DNA of 64,000 nt from a virus: positions 33,164 through 97,163 of the IMG/VR virus record IMGVR_UViG_3300025508_002497. One strand, given 5' to 3'. Made by a program: the position numbers and the translations under genes. Shown piece by piece: positions 8,255-18,299 of the stretch. Each line of letters opens with the position of its first letter. The stretch's first letter is position 1. A model generated the notes under the pieces. It was not told the origin of the DNA. It did no database searches and was given only the letters and a program-made list of their open reading frames with translations.

Positions 8255-9754
8255 TCATCTCCTTATATGAATTTTCGATATCTCATAATCAAACTTCTCA
8301 CTAGTATATATTTTGATTCTTTCTCCAAGATGTCGGAAAGTATGATTTTCATATTTTCCTATGGTAAGATCATCTGAAAGATCAAACAACTTTACTTTCT
8401 GTTTCCTATCTGATTTTCGTAGTCCTCTGCCTATACTTTGAAGAACTCTTACAACAGATTTAGAAGGGCTAGCGAAAACAATGTTATCAATATTCCTAAT
8501 ATTAATGCCAGTAGAGCAGGTTCCGTAAGACGCAACCAAAACCGAGTTAGTTTTCCTATCAACGATCTTGCGAATCTCTTCCCGTTGTATGACATCTGTT
8601 GCTCCGTGTATGAGGAAAGTCTCTTTATCTCCTTGACTAATCAATTCATACAACGGTTTCCCGTGCTTCTCCACATAGTTGAAGAGGACTAGAGTATTAC
8701 CCTTTAACCTGTTGGTTAGTTCGGCAATAAACTGGTTTCTCTTCTCATGAGTAACAATCCATTCTATTTCATCCTGATATTTTTTTCTCTTCATAAACTC
8801 CTTCTCGTCCTTAGTATACTGCAATGAAATGCAGTTGATTGATAAGGTTGAGAGAAGATTCTTATCCATTAAGTTCTTGGTTGTCGTAACCTGAAACACC
8901 CTACCAAAGAGTCCTTCAATTACGAGTTTGTGTGTCTGTGTTCCATCGAGTGTGCCTGTAGTTCCTATTCGATAGTAGCAGTCATCTAGATTCGACATTA
9001 ACGTCGAGAGTGATTTGGCTTTAAATAAGTGGCATTCATCTCCAAACACACAACCGAATTTTGAAAAATATTCTTTTGGCATTTGGTATAAACTCTGCCA
9101 AGTTGAGATGACAATTCTCTTATCTGTTTCTTTCGACTGCCCACTGAACACTTGATGGCAGTTAGACATACAATCCCAGTCGTCGTTAGACGAATAGTCT
9201 TTGAAGTCCTCAAGCATCTGTGATACTAGACCTGTGGTTGGTACAATGATCAGTAACTTCTTCTCTGGGGGCAGCAGTTCCATATAGTAACGCATCAGTG
9301 TATAGATGATCAGCGACTTCCCAGACGCAGTAGGAGAGAGCAGGAGACATCTCTTGGTATTCAATGCGTGTTGAATAGCATTCACTTGATGTAAGTGTGG
9401 TTTAATTGCTTTATTATTTGCTACGATGGACAGGGAGTCAATAAAGTCCGTAACGTCGCTCTGAGAGAACTCTGAGGACGGTAGAGAGTCCTTCAGCGTT
9501 TCCTCTAACTGGATACTATATTTTCTATCCTTAGCGAACTGAATTACATAATCCAGTAAGCCTCGGTATATAGTCTGCTTGTATAGGTTGAATAACTTGA
9601 TAGTGCCGTCCCACTGCTTCTTTTTGTAAGCGGGACTGAACTCATGGTTTGGAACTTTGAACGTGAAGAAGTCGGATAACTCTTTTGCTATCCACCTCTC
9701 ACAATCCAATTTCACATATACAGAATCTAAATGTAGAACAGAAATATCACTCAT
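8255..9754 (-). CDS. uvsW: DNA/RNA helicase UvsW
   Basis: SPTASGKS, DECH, GTTGTL, STGINI, LQSIGRGLRK. Confidence 0.96.
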   Translation of the reverse strand: MSDISVLHLDSVYVKLDCERWIAKELSDFFTFKVPNHEFSPAYKKKQWDGTIKLFNLYKQTIYRGLLDYVIQFAKDRKYSIQLEETLKDSLPSSEFSQSDVTDFIDSLSIVANNKAIKPHLHQVNAIQHALNTKRCLLLSPTASGKSLIIYTLMRYYMELLPPEKKLLIIVPTTGLVSQMLEDFKDYSSNDDWDCMSNCHQVFSGQSKETDKRIVISTWQSLYQMPKEYFSKFGCVFGDECHLFKAKSLSTLMSNLDDCYYRIGTTGTLDGTQTHKLVIEGLFGRVFQVTTTKNLMDKNLLSTLSINCISLQYTKDEKEFMKRKKYQDEIEWIVTHEKRNQFIAELTNRLKGNTLVLFNYVEKHGKPLYELISQGDKETFLIHGATDVIQREEIRKIVDRKTNSVLVASYGTCSTGINIRNIDNIVFASPSKSVVRVLQSIGRGLRKSDRKQKVKLFDLSDDLTIGKYENHTFRHLGERIKIYTSEKFDYEISKIHIRR

Positions 9755-9760
9755 ACACTA

Positions 9761-9767
9761 TATGTAT
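9761..9767 (-). promoter_or_regulatory. Late promoter variant ATACATA upstream of uvsW
   Basis: Motif in a short intergenic gap that recurs before several late genes. Confidence 0.55.
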
Positions 9768-9770
9768 GAG

Positions 9771-10205
9771 TTATCCGCCGTTAGAAAATTTAGCCCAGTC
9801 GATTGCGGATCGAATATACCACTGTCGGTTGTTGATGATCTTTACTACCCCTTCAAGATACTTGACCTTTTCTTCCTGTAGGGCAAGACGATGCGACTGA
9901 ATGATCAGTTCACGATCTGATTCTATAAACTGATCGATATCGGCACGCAGAACATTGAGAGGGAAAGGTTCCCACCCTCGCTCTTTCAGTTCGTCGTCAC
10001 CCATTTTACCAGTGTAGTAAAGCCACTTATCCTTGCGGAGTGTCTTGTATTCTGCCTGCATCTTCTTATACAACAACGTCTCATCCGTGAATAGGATAAG
10101 ATACTTGTTGTGGAGTTGGGGTGTTTTGATGGACTCGATATCCAGTTCGGTTCGATCCATCTCTAGGTCTTTGTTGACCATCTCACGAATATCATTTAGG
10201 TTCAT
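9771..10205 (-). CDS. uvsY: Recombination mediator UvsY
   Basis: ESIKTPQLHNKYL, KWLYYTGK, R.WYIRSAIDW.KF; next to uvsW. Confidence 0.93.
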   Translation of the reverse strand: MNLNDIREMVNKDLEMDRTELDIESIKTPQLHNKYLILFTDETLLYKKMQAEYKTLRKDKWLYYTGKMGDDELKERGWEPFPLNVLRADIDQFIESDRELIIQSHRLALQEEKVKYLEGVVKIINNRQWYIRSAIDWAKFSNGG

Positions 10206-10693
10206 AGTTTAGTGATTTTCAATCCAGTAAATCTAAATTCTGTACTTATGATTATAGGGTCTGGATCGGTGGTTGTCAAATCAAATCCGATTTCATCTAG
10301 CCTAACTGGGAAAATATCCTGATACTGAACTTCAATATTGGGTCTACTCTTGTTGTCCATGACTATAAGAATGCCACTTGCTAGTGAATCTGCATCTCTG
10401 AGTGGAGGACTATCTTCTACGGGAACTTGACCTCTTATCCAGTTGTATATTTCCATATAGTTAGCCATGTCTTCGTCAACGATGAACGAGAGATTCAATG
10501 AACCATATGTAATCCTTCCGCCTGTGTCATAGACAGGCTGAGCATATAGACTTTTAGTTTCTATATTATCAACATCTATCGATGGGATATTTGCTTGCTG
10601 AATATAGAAGTTTACATTTGGGATTCTCGGAATCTCAAACTTGAAGCCATTATTCTTCAGATAGTTTACTGAATCTGGTGCTTTACCTGACAT
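10202..10693 (-). CDS. gp3: Tail completion / sheath stabilizer
   Basis: NYLKNNGFKF.I.RIPNVNFY.Q.ANIP, FIVDEDMANYMEIYNW; position downstream of gp23. Confidence 0.88.
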   Translation of the reverse strand: MSGKAPDSVNYLKNNGFKFEIPRIPNVNFYIQQANIPSIDVDNIETKSLYAQPVYDTGGRITYGSLNLSFIVDEDMANYMEIYNWIRGQVPVEDSPPLRDADSLASGILIVMDNKSRPNIEVQYQDIFPVRLDEIGFDLTTTDPDPIIISTEFRFTGLKITKL

Positions 10694-10711
10694 AATATTC
10701 TCCCAATAAAG

Positions 10712-10719
10712 TATGTATA
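10712..10719 (-). promoter_or_regulatory. Late promoter TATACATA for gp3-uvsY
   Basis: Lies directly after the gp23 terminator U-tract and before the GGGAG SD. Confidence 0.6.
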
Positions 10720-10720
10720 T

Positions 10721-10757
10721 AAAAAAACACAGCCCCCCGTGAGGGAGGCTGTGCTTT
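10721..10757 (-). terminator. Rho-independent terminator after the major capsid gene
   Basis: GCACAGCCTCCC-TCAC-GGGGGGCTGTGT hairpin followed by a T-run. Confidence 0.88.
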
Positions 10758-10777
10758 ATGCTACCTTTGAACTACAC

Positions 10778-12220
10778 TCAGAGTGCAGTGTTCTGACCGT
10801 GGAGATTAAGAATCTCGAAGATACGGTAGTACTGGTTGACACCAGTGGTCTCAATGTTGTTGGTACTTGCAGTTCCAACGAAGGGGTTGGTGACCATTCC
10901 GTAGCGGGTCTTGAACCCGATACGGGGCTGGAAGGTATCCTCACCGACCGCACGGACCATCTGTAGTGGAACGTAGGGGCAGTAGAACATACCAGCATCG
11001 TAAGGCGAAGAACCTCTGTAACCGACACAGACGAAGTTACGAGTACCAGCGTAGGGATCGATGTAGACCTTCATCTTACCGTTAAGAACACCAGCGAAGG
11101 TGCTAGCAGTATCGTCAACGTTGAGGCTGACGTTTAGTGCTGGTGAGATGTTGAGGAATCCACCCATTGCGAGGGCTGAAGCAACGTCGGAAGAGACGAT
11201 GCAGAAGTTACCCTTACCGCGTCGAGTTTCCTTAGCGATTACGTTGGCTTCACGCTCTAACTGGAACATGAGACCACGGAAACGCTCTGCGGACCAACGA
11301 CCATCAGCATCTCTGTTGATGTCGTAGATACCACCAGTGACACCCTGACGAACGTGGGGTGTGACTAGGACACCATCATTAGTGATACCAGCCTCTGTCT
11401 TGGTGCCAGAGAAGGTAAGGTCAGTCTGTAGAGCGCCGAGTTTAGCATTGTTGTAGATCTTACGAATGACTTCGCGGTTGATTTCAGCAAGGATTTCGGT
11501 GGAGAGGATGTTAGAGAGTTCAGTCTCTGCATCAAGTCCGTGAACAGCCTTGAGATCCTGTGCGAGTTCAGTGGTGTACTGAGCCTTGAGGGCACGGGTT
11601 CTTGCTTCAACAGCAACACGCTCGATGGTGAATCCCATTTCGCGGAATGCTTGGTCGTTTCCTTCACCAAGACGCTCGGAGTTGGCGACAAGCATACCAG
11701 GCTTCTGGGCGGCACTATTAGCAGCATGTCCACTACCGAAGGGATCGGTGCTGATGGAGGCGGCTGAGGCGAAGTCACCACCAGTATGACCTGCACGGGT
11801 GTCGGCCTCTTGGAAGAGACCCTCTTCACCGAAGGTTGCATTACCACTGGAAATGTTAGCGTACTTGGTACGCATTGCGAAGATCAAGCCAGTGGGAGCA
11901 GACATGGGCTGCACACCACAAACGTCGTATGCCATTAGGTTGGGCATAGCACGACGAACGAGGCTGATGAGAACGGGATCAAAACCAGCGTAGTTGCTGG
12001 AGTTACCTGAAACAGCACCGCCACCGAGGTTACCACCAAGAGCGTTCATGGGGGTTTCGGTTAGGTTCTGCTCACGAAGAGCCTTCTCTTCGTTTTCGAG
12101 AAGGACAGCGGTGACCTTTCTCTTATAAGGATCTTGAATTGGCTCAAGATCGCTATGTTCTAGAATGGGAGTCCACTTTTCTTCAAGTGAATCCATTGGT
12201 GTGATGTTATCGAAATCCAT
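10778..12220 (-). CDS. gp23: Major capsid protein
   Basis: DPVLISLVRRAMPNLMAYDVCGVQPM..PTGLIFAMR, RALKAQYT.ELAQDLKAVHGLDAE, FYCPYVPLQM, FQPRIGFKTRYG. Confidence 0.99.
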   Translation of the reverse strand: MDFDNITPMDSLEEKWTPILEHSDLEPIQDPYKRKVTAVLLENEEKALREQNLTETPMNALGGNLGGGAVSGNSSNYAGFDPVLISLVRRAMPNLMAYDVCGVQPMSAPTGLIFAMRTKYANISSGNATFGEEGLFQEADTRAGHTGGDFASAASISTDPFGSGHAANSAAQKPGMLVANSERLGEGNDQAFREMGFTIERVAVEARTRALKAQYTTELAQDLKAVHGLDAETELSNILSTEILAEINREVIRKIYNNAKLGALQTDLTFSGTKTEAGITNDGVLVTPHVRQGVTGGIYDINRDADGRWSAERFRGLMFQLEREANVIAKETRRGKGNFCIVSSDVASALAMGGFLNISPALNVSLNVDDTASTFAGVLNGKMKVYIDPYAGTRNFVCVGYRGSSPYDAGMFYCPYVPLQMVRAVGEDTFQPRIGFKTRYGMVTNPFVGTASTNNIETTGVNQYYRIFEILNLHGQNTAL

Positions 12221-12250
12221 TTTGACTTCTCCTTTGTTAGTTTATTTGAT

Positions 12251-13213
12251 TCAGCGGGTTCTAGCGATTGCGTTTGCGTAACCTTCCATAATCGAGTTAG
12301 TCTCGGTTACGGTAGGTGTTCCTTCGTTGTTGTCGTCGGCAACAGTTTCTGTATCGACGGCATCATTGAAGTATGATTCCTTGACAATATTGAGTTTTTC
12401 AGCGTACTCATCGATGTCGGCATGTTCGATACCTTCTGCAAGGGTCTTGAATCTTTCGACTTCAGTGTCAACAAGACCTTCGCACATATCGTGGAACACG
12501 ATCTCACGCTGGAACTCAAGAAGATTCTCGGATAGATCCATAACTTTCTGGATCTCATCGTTGAGTCTGGTGACGAGTTCCTCGTTCTCTTCAGCGAGTT
12601 CGTCAACAAGGTCAACCTTGCTCTCGGGAACTTCGATGTAGTGATCGTGGAATAACTGGTGGAGTCCATTCATGAATGACTCACTGACTTCGGTACGAAT
12701 GCCCTGCTCAACAGAGAGTTCGTTCTCCTGTAGCCAAGTCTGGACTGCGTAATCGAGATACTCATCAATCTTGTTGGTGAGTTCTTCGGTAACTTCAGCA
12801 ACTTCCTCGGCGAGAGCAACGTTATATGCCTCTTCGAGTTCAGCGACTTCGGCCGAGACCTTCTCAGCAATAGCAGCCTCGAAGATGGTGATTGCCTTTA
12901 CCTTGAAATCTTCGGTAAGATCTTCACCATCAAAGAGAACGCTTAGATCCTCAGTGACGCCACCACCAGCCTGGTTTCCACCAGCGGGGAGGACTTCAGG
13001 AACCTTCTTCTCGGGTTTGGCCGCAGAGGGCTTAGCGTCGATGCTCTTCTTGTTCTTCTTTGCGTTGTTTGGACCCTCATCGGTGTGAACCTCATCACCC
13101 TTGCCGGTGGCGTCCTTGTTGTATGTTTCTGAGTCAAGAACTGGTTTCTCTTCGTCGATTGACTCGATCTTTTCGAGAATAGTTCTTGCTGTGTCTACGG
13201 GATTCTGGCTCAT
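12251..13213 (-). CDS. gp22: Prohead core scaffolding protein
   Basis: Acidic; LTEDFKVKAITIFEAA, IDEYLDYAVQTWL.EN, GL..LF.DHYIEVP. Confidence 0.93.
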   Translation of the reverse strand: MSQNPVDTARTILEKIESIDEEKPVLDSETYNKDATGKGDEVHTDEGPNNAKKNKKSIDAKPSAAKPEKKVPEVLPAGGNQAGGGVTEDLSVLFDGEDLTEDFKVKAITIFEAAIAEKVSAEVAELEEAYNVALAEEVAEVTEELTNKIDEYLDYAVQTWLQENELSVEQGIRTEVSESFMNGLHQLFHDHYIEVPESKVDLVDELAEENEELVTRLNDEIQKVMDLSENLLEFQREIVFHDMCEGLVDTEVERFKTLAEGIEHADIDEYAEKLNIVKESYFNDAVDTETVADDNNEGTPTVTETNSIMEGYANAIARTR

Positions 13214-13248
13214 GAAAGGGACTCCTTTTTATTCGTTGCTAGCGTCAT

Positions 13249-13256
13249 TATTTATA
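13249..13256 (-). promoter_or_regulatory. Canonical T4 late promoter TATAAATA upstream of gp22
   Basis: Exact TATAAATA overlapping the gp21 stop. Confidence 0.7.
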
Positions 13257-13914
13257 CTTTTCCAAGTTTTGACATGAAGGAAGCGTATACTTCCATCAGT
13301 TTAGTTTCTCTGTTTCTTTGTGTGGTATACGCATCTTCAATATCCTCTTGGAAAGACTGAATATCTCTCTCCTTGAGAAGACCGTTATCCCAGATCCACT
13401 CCTTACCTTCCATGATACCGTTGACAAAGGCATCAGGAGCAGAAGGATCTGCCACAATATCTACTGCGGAAAGCATGAAATCCTTTTGGACTTCGTTGAT
13501 TCCGTTTCTCTCCTTGAGTGATCCCATACCTCTAGAGGATACACCAAGTTTGGCACCCTCATCCATAAGGTTCTTTACGATCTTACCCATAGGAGTTTCC
13601 ATGATTTTTGCTTTACCTACAAGGTTATCGCCGTCTTCTTTGAGTTCTTTGATAATGTGTGATACACGATCAAGGTTTACGGTTGGACCTTGTGGGTGGT
13701 TGAGTTCACCGAACGCTCTGTTCTCATCAACATAAGTCTTGATATAACGCTTTGCTTCTCCGAAAAGAATGTTTCTTTCGTAGATGCGGTTGTTTCGATT
13801 AGGCTTGTTGGCTTGCATGAAGACACCTTCGATGAAGTAGTTCTTCTTGCCATCTTCTGTTGCTTCCGTGATAATACGGACATCATCAGTTGTAGTTTCG
13901 GTGATAAGTAGCAT
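13252..13914 (-). CDS. gp21: Prohead protease
   Basis: YFIEGVFMQA, NRNNRIY, GELNHP, LGVSSRGMGSL, DIVADPSAPDAFV. Confidence 0.97.
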   Translation of the reverse strand: MLLITETTTDDVRIITEATEDGKKNYFIEGVFMQANKPNRNNRIYERNILFGEAKRYIKTYVDENRAFGELNHPQGPTVNLDRVSHIIKELKEDGDNLVGKAKIMETPMGKIVKNLMDEGAKLGVSSRGMGSLKERNGINEVQKDFMLSAVDIVADPSAPDAFVNGIMEGKEWIWDNGLLKERDIQSFQEDIEDAYTTQRNRETKLMEVYASFMSKLGKV

Positions 13915-13917
13915 GTG

Positions 13918-14082
13918 CTATTCCTCTTCTTGTGGTTTTTCGATTTCTTCTACCTCATCATGACTTGGGTATTGACTCTTAATACCATTTGCCATCTTGG
14001 CATATAGAATATCTTTGATATTTTTCTCTGCTTCGACGTAATTTTTATCTAGTAAATTATTTATAATTTCAGCCGGTTTCAT
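13918..14082 (-). CDS. Small prohead core protein (gp67-like), copy 2
   Basis: MKPAEIINNLLDKNYVEAE...; acidic tail; between gp20 and gp21. Confidence 0.6.
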   Translation of the reverse strand: MKPAEIINNLLDKNYVEAEKNIKDILYAKMANGIKSQYPSHDEVEEIEKPQEEE

Positions 14083-14323
14083 TTGGATCCTCGCTTTCGC
14101 TGTCATCAACTTCAATATATTCTCGCTCTTCGTCCTCAATCTCTTCGATTTCGGGTTCTTCGACCTCTGGTTCTTGCTTGGTGACTAGATTTGCCACAAC
14201 GTCTGGGGTGATTGCCCCTGTGGCATCTTGAACCTTCATCTTGAAAGTATCACCAAATGTTTGCTGAAACTTTTCCATGTTGTCGTCAAGCATACTCTTT
14301 AATAGTTCTTCTGCTGGTTTCAT
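14069..14323 (-). CDS. Small prohead core protein (gp67-like), copy 1
   Basis: MKPAEELLKSMLDDN...F.MKVQDA; highly acidic tail; overlaps the gp20 stop. Confidence 0.65.
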   Translation of the reverse strand: MKPAEELLKSMLDDNMEKFQQTFGDTFKMKVQDATGAITPDVVANLVTKQEPEVEEPEIEEIEDEEREYIEVDDSESEDPNETG

Positions 14324-15837
14324 AGTTCATCCTCTGTAGGGGGAGGTGGTTCCGCCGCCATTTCTTTAGCGATTTCTTCCATCTCCTTTTCACTTTGCTT
14401 TAAAATATTCTTTCGTACCCAGTTATCTGAGTAGAATCTTCCGAGATATGGCTCTACGCTTTGAAGCATCTCAAGACGCTCTCGCATAATCTCTGCTTCT
14501 TTGAGTTCTGTAAAATAAGAGTCCTTCTGATAATCAAAGTAGATATCTTGAACAATCCTATTCCAGTCATCTTCTTTCATAATACCCTTGAGAAGACATT
14601 GAGTTCTCATCAACTGAATAAACAGATCCGAAAAACGTTGACGAAGACGATCGATAAACTTGAAGAAGTTCAGTTCGTCTCGGCTGATTTCAGAAGATCG
14701 TCCCATGTTGAAGCCGTTTTCTGCATCCATTCGGGAGGTAGGGACATGAAGGGCGCGATATACTTTCTTGAGGAAGTAATCAACATCTTCCATCTCACCG
14801 AGGTTCTGTCCACCATCAAGAGTGCTGATTTCAGTTCCTCTACCACCTTCTCGCCTTGGTAGCCAATAATCTTCAAGCATGTTCATATGCTTACGATCAT
14901 CTTTGATCTCACCAGTGCTGGCATCATAGACCAACTTGTTCTGGTATCGATTCATGATGTCCTTGAGATACTGTTCTGCCTTCTGCTTGGGTAGGTTACC
15001 TACGTCAATATAGAAGATACGACGCTCTGGCGCACGGGAGATACGATAAACTACAGTGGCATCTTCTGTCTGTCGAAGCATGTTCAATGGACGGATTGCC
15101 TTCTGAAGATATCCAACAACTCGCTTGGTTCCTGAATCAATAATACCAGAGTGAACATAACAGATAGAATCAGGAGCGATCTTCAATCCTGACTGTGATG
15201 TCTGGAAGGAGGACTGCTTGTCTAGGTTTGTATAAAGATAAAACTCTTGAACGTTTTTAACAACGGCAACTTGAGTTCCATTCACACTCTCTTGTGCTTT
15301 CTGAACGTTACGAACTTTCTTAATTTTTGCTGGATCAATAGCACGAAGTTCAATGATACCTTTATTCTTATTTGATTCATCTAGAATAATATGGTAATAG
15401 ATCTTGCTATCGATGTACCATCTTCTAAAAATTTCATATGCTTTTTGATTAAACTTGAGTAGTCTAAGTATTCCCTCAAACTCATCCTTCATTTTATTTT
15501 TGATAGAAACTGGCATATCAACTTTATCTAAATCAATAGAGACTATTGTTCTGTCTTGACCGTGAACAATAGCCTCTGTTGTAATATCATCGATCGCAAG
15601 ATCGACTTCGGGATATAGTGCCATACTTCTGTAACGGGCGATCAGATCATTTTCTGATTTGAAACCACCCTGAAAGTCAACGTACTGACCAAAAACTCCA
15701 CCACCATCTACGGTGAATGTTCCATCATATTCGTCTGGACCAACAAATGACGCTGCTTTTGAGTCAGCGCCATTTGTTGATTTTCCTGTTAGTTTTCCAT
15801 TACGACCAATGGTAAAACCAAATAAATCAATTGCCAT
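14320..15837 (-). CDS. gp20: Portal vertex protein
   Basis: YRISRAPERRIFYIDVGNLPKQKAEQYL, MLEDYWLPRREGGRGTEISTL.GG. Confidence 0.98.
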   Translation of the reverse strand: MAIDLFGFTIGRNGKLTGKSTNGADSKAASFVGPDEYDGTFTVDGGGVFGQYVDFQGGFKSENDLIARYRSMALYPEVDLAIDDITTEAIVHGQDRTIVSIDLDKVDMPVSIKNKMKDEFEGILRLLKFNQKAYEIFRRWYIDSKIYYHIILDESNKNKGIIELRAIDPAKIKKVRNVQKAQESVNGTQVAVVKNVQEFYLYTNLDKQSSFQTSQSGLKIAPDSICYVHSGIIDSGTKRVVGYLQKAIRPLNMLRQTEDATVVYRISRAPERRIFYIDVGNLPKQKAEQYLKDIMNRYQNKLVYDASTGEIKDDRKHMNMLEDYWLPRREGGRGTEISTLDGGQNLGEMEDVDYFLKKVYRALHVPTSRMDAENGFNMGRSSEISRDELNFFKFIDRLRQRFSDLFIQLMRTQCLLKGIMKEDDWNRIVQDIYFDYQKDSYFTELKEAEIMRERLEMLQSVEPYLGRFYSDNWVRKNILKQSEKEMEEIAKEMAAEPPPPTEDEL

Positions 15838-15872
15838 CTAGATTCTCCGTTCAATAATAAATAAATCAAATA

Positions 15873-16388
15873 TCAATCAAAGGTCCAGTGATCGAACCCG
15901 ATTGTAACACTAAACTCAGCAACTGCATCGGTAGTGTCATAAGAAAGATCAATGGTTCCAACTTCGATTGGCCAACAATCAATGAGTTTGATTGTTTTAC
16001 CAGCGGGAATATCACTACCTAGAGAAGTGTTGTTAGCAAGAGCGACACTCAAAGGAGCAACAGTCCACTGAGCATAAGCCAAACCTCTTGTGGTATCCTC
16101 TAGACCCATGAATGTTTGTGACCATTCGATGAACTTCTCATGAATAGCATTTTCTTCATCACAAAGAACACTGATAGTCCAATCAGGGAAAGTTCTATCT
16201 CCTGCTCTCTTTACTTCTCTTCCCTTGAAAGGTACAGTGACAGTACCAAGTGAAGCAGAAGGCATAGCAGCGGTTTTGATTAAAAGACTTTCGTCTTGTG
16301 TTAATGTAAAGCCGTCACTTGATGTGACTGTATAAAGATTTGGTCTGATACCTTGACCAAATTTTCCTTTAAAATCTCCTAGTGCCAT
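15873..16388 (-). CDS. gp19: Tail tube protein
   Basis: RPNLY.V, VPFKGREVKRAGDRTFPDWT, WPIEVGTIDLSYD. Confidence 0.95.
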   Translation of the reverse strand: MALGDFKGKFGQGIRPNLYTVTSSDGFTLTQDESLLIKTAAMPSASLGTVTVPFKGREVKRAGDRTFPDWTISVLCDEENAIHEKFIEWSQTFMGLEDTTRGLAYAQWTVAPLSVALANNTSLGSDIPAGKTIKLIDCWPIEVGTIDLSYDTTDAVAEFSVTIGFDHWTFD

Positions 16389-16409
16389 TTAAACGCTCCT
16401 TTGTTCTAG

Positions 16410-16416
16410 TATGTAT
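16410..16416 (-). promoter_or_regulatory. Late promoter variant ATACATA upstream of gp19
   Basis: Motif at the gp18 stop, before the AAGGAG SD. Confidence 0.55.
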
Positions 16417-18245
16417 CAGCCTTCTGAGAAGAATGATCCTGAGTTGTTTGCGACGAAGTTGAGTTTGACGAACTGAACTGACTTGGTGGGCTGTAGGAAG
16501 ATGTCGCAAACGAACTCACCTCTATCTACGACCGAGCCTGGGTTGTTTGATTCGTCACAAACAATCCTATAGTTTTCAAGACCTCTCTTGTTTTGAACCT
16601 CTCTTAGAACTGGATCGATTTGGTTCACGAAACTACGTCTAGTGAACGCATCATTTTGTTCAAAGAGAATGAAGTTTGCTGATGTAGCAAAGGACTTCTC
16701 TAGGATGTTAAAGAGTCTTCTTACTTGGATTCTATCAAAGGCACTTGGCTTAGTCTGAAGTGTCTTGTCTCCCCAGAGAACTGTACCAGAGCCAGGGAAG
16801 GCTACGACGTTGTTGATTCCAGCAGAGTAGATAAGATCTCTCTGTGCCTTGGATGGGTTGAATGCTAGTTTATTGACATTCAAGATGCTACCTCTAGCAT
16901 AACCACCTGGCGAGAACCAAGCACCGAAGTCGGTTTCTGTTCTGGCAAGAAGTCCAGCGATGTCACCATTTAGCGGAAGCCATCTGGTGATACCGTTGTA
17001 ACTATCGCTCTGCTGCTTCCAGTTACCATCCATTGCAGCGTATGAAGTGTCTCTATTGAGATCATTGTTCCTAGAATCAATGACTGTCTGGAAGGTAACA
17101 TCTGATAGAGTTGCTTTGTTGGCGAGTGATGCTGTATCGGCGAAACCAGAACCAACTGGCTGCGAGATGACTGCCATGCAATCCTTACGAGTAGCAGCGA
17201 TATCAATGACCTTCCGGTTAAGTGCGTCGTCTGCGTCTCCTGCGATGAGGATACTCACATCAGCAACATCAGGATCGGCGAAGTAAGTGTCCCATGCGGT
17301 TTGCTTATTGGAAGAAGTGACCGCAGTACCATATGCACCACCCTGAAGTGTGTAGGTGTATGGATTAACAATACCCTTGCGTGCGTTTGTGGTCGCTTCG
17401 TGTGCGTCAAGAGGAACTCTATCGAAGTTGGTCTTGGTGCTTACGAGGGCTCCGCTTGCGTCCAAGTCAGCAGATCCGACTGTAACATCAACACCTAAAG
17501 TAATTCCAATGGCTCCTATGGCGCCGGCGCTATAATCAGCAGAGGCTCCAGTGAGTCCAGAGAATCCAAAGATACTCTCAAACTCACCGACTCCATCGTC
17601 GATCTTGATGTAATCTGAGTTGGCGATTTGATACTTGTAGTAAAGTGCAGTTCCGTTGTCGTCAACTGCGTTGATGATTGAACTCATTCCCTCGTAAAGT
17701 TCTAAGACAGAACCACTAGGACCATAAACACCCTTGCGATCAATAACGGCGAGTGAAAGTTCATCACCACTAGCACCGAAACGAGCAGCATATGAGGAAG
17801 TTGCTGGTCTGAATGTAAATGCGTCAGTGGTTGTTCCTGCGTCATATGTCATACCAGCAGTTACGACTTGAATTTCAAGAGCGCCGTTAACCTGTGCGCC
17901 TTCATCCTTTGATCTGAATGTAAAGAATGTTGGTCCACCGGGGTATTCCGCAGTCAAACCAGCAGAACCAGAAGTTGCTCCTGATCCTGCGACGTTTACG
18001 ACTGTTAGGTTGTTTCCGTACTGTAGGAAGTTATAGCAGGTCCACCAATCGGAGCCATAACGCTCAACGCTTGGAGTACCAAATGTTTCCTGTAGTTCCT
18101 TGACACTACTGATTAAAATACGTTCGTTGACTGGTCCCTTGTCGAAACGACCGACAAAGGCAGCGGGTGTAGTAGCGACAAGTGATACGATACCCGAGAA
18201 GTCTCGTTCGGTAACGTCTACACTGGGACTTAAAGTAAATGCCAT
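16416..18245 (-). CDS. gp18: Tail sheath protein
   Basis: LSPSVDVTERD, WFSPGGYARG, GDKTLQTKPSAFDRIQVRRLF, VCDESNN. Confidence 0.97.
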   Translation of the reverse strand: MAFTLSPSVDVTERDFSGIVSLVATTPAAFVGRFDKGPVNERILISSVKELQETFGTPSVERYGSDWWTCYNFLQYGNNLTVVNVAGSGATSGSAGLTAEYPGGPTFFTFRSKDEGAQVNGALEIQVVTAGMTYDAGTTTDAFTFRPATSSYAARFGASGDELSLAVIDRKGVYGPSGSVLELYEGMSSIINAVDDNGTALYYKYQIANSDYIKIDDGVGEFESIFGFSGLTGASADYSAGAIGAIGITLGVDVTVGSADLDASGALVSTKTNFDRVPLDAHEATTNARKGIVNPYTYTLQGGAYGTAVTSSNKQTAWDTYFADPDVADVSILIAGDADDALNRKVIDIAATRKDCMAVISQPVGSGFADTASLANKATLSDVTFQTVIDSRNNDLNRDTSYAAMDGNWKQQSDSYNGITRWLPLNGDIAGLLARTETDFGAWFSPGGYARGSILNVNKLAFNPSKAQRDLIYSAGINNVVAFPGSGTVLWGDKTLQTKPSAFDRIQVRRLFNILEKSFATSANFILFEQNDAFTRRSFVNQIDPVLREVQNKRGLENYRIVCDESNNPGSVVDRGEFVCDIFLQPTKSVQFVKLNFVANNSGSFFSEG

Positions 18246-18280
18246 TTTCTGTTCTCCTTAGATACGCTGCGTAATCACTT

Positions 18281-18288
18281 TATTTATA
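18281..18288 (-). promoter_or_regulatory. Canonical late promoter TATAAATA upstream of gp18
   Basis: Exact motif in the gp17-gp18 gap. Confidence 0.7.
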
Positions 18289-18299
18289 CTTTTACATAT

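Noticed and set aside
10739-13137. Many alternative-frame and antisense ORFs within gp23 and gp22
   Set aside because: Expected from codon bias in highly expressed genes; no independent evidence of coding
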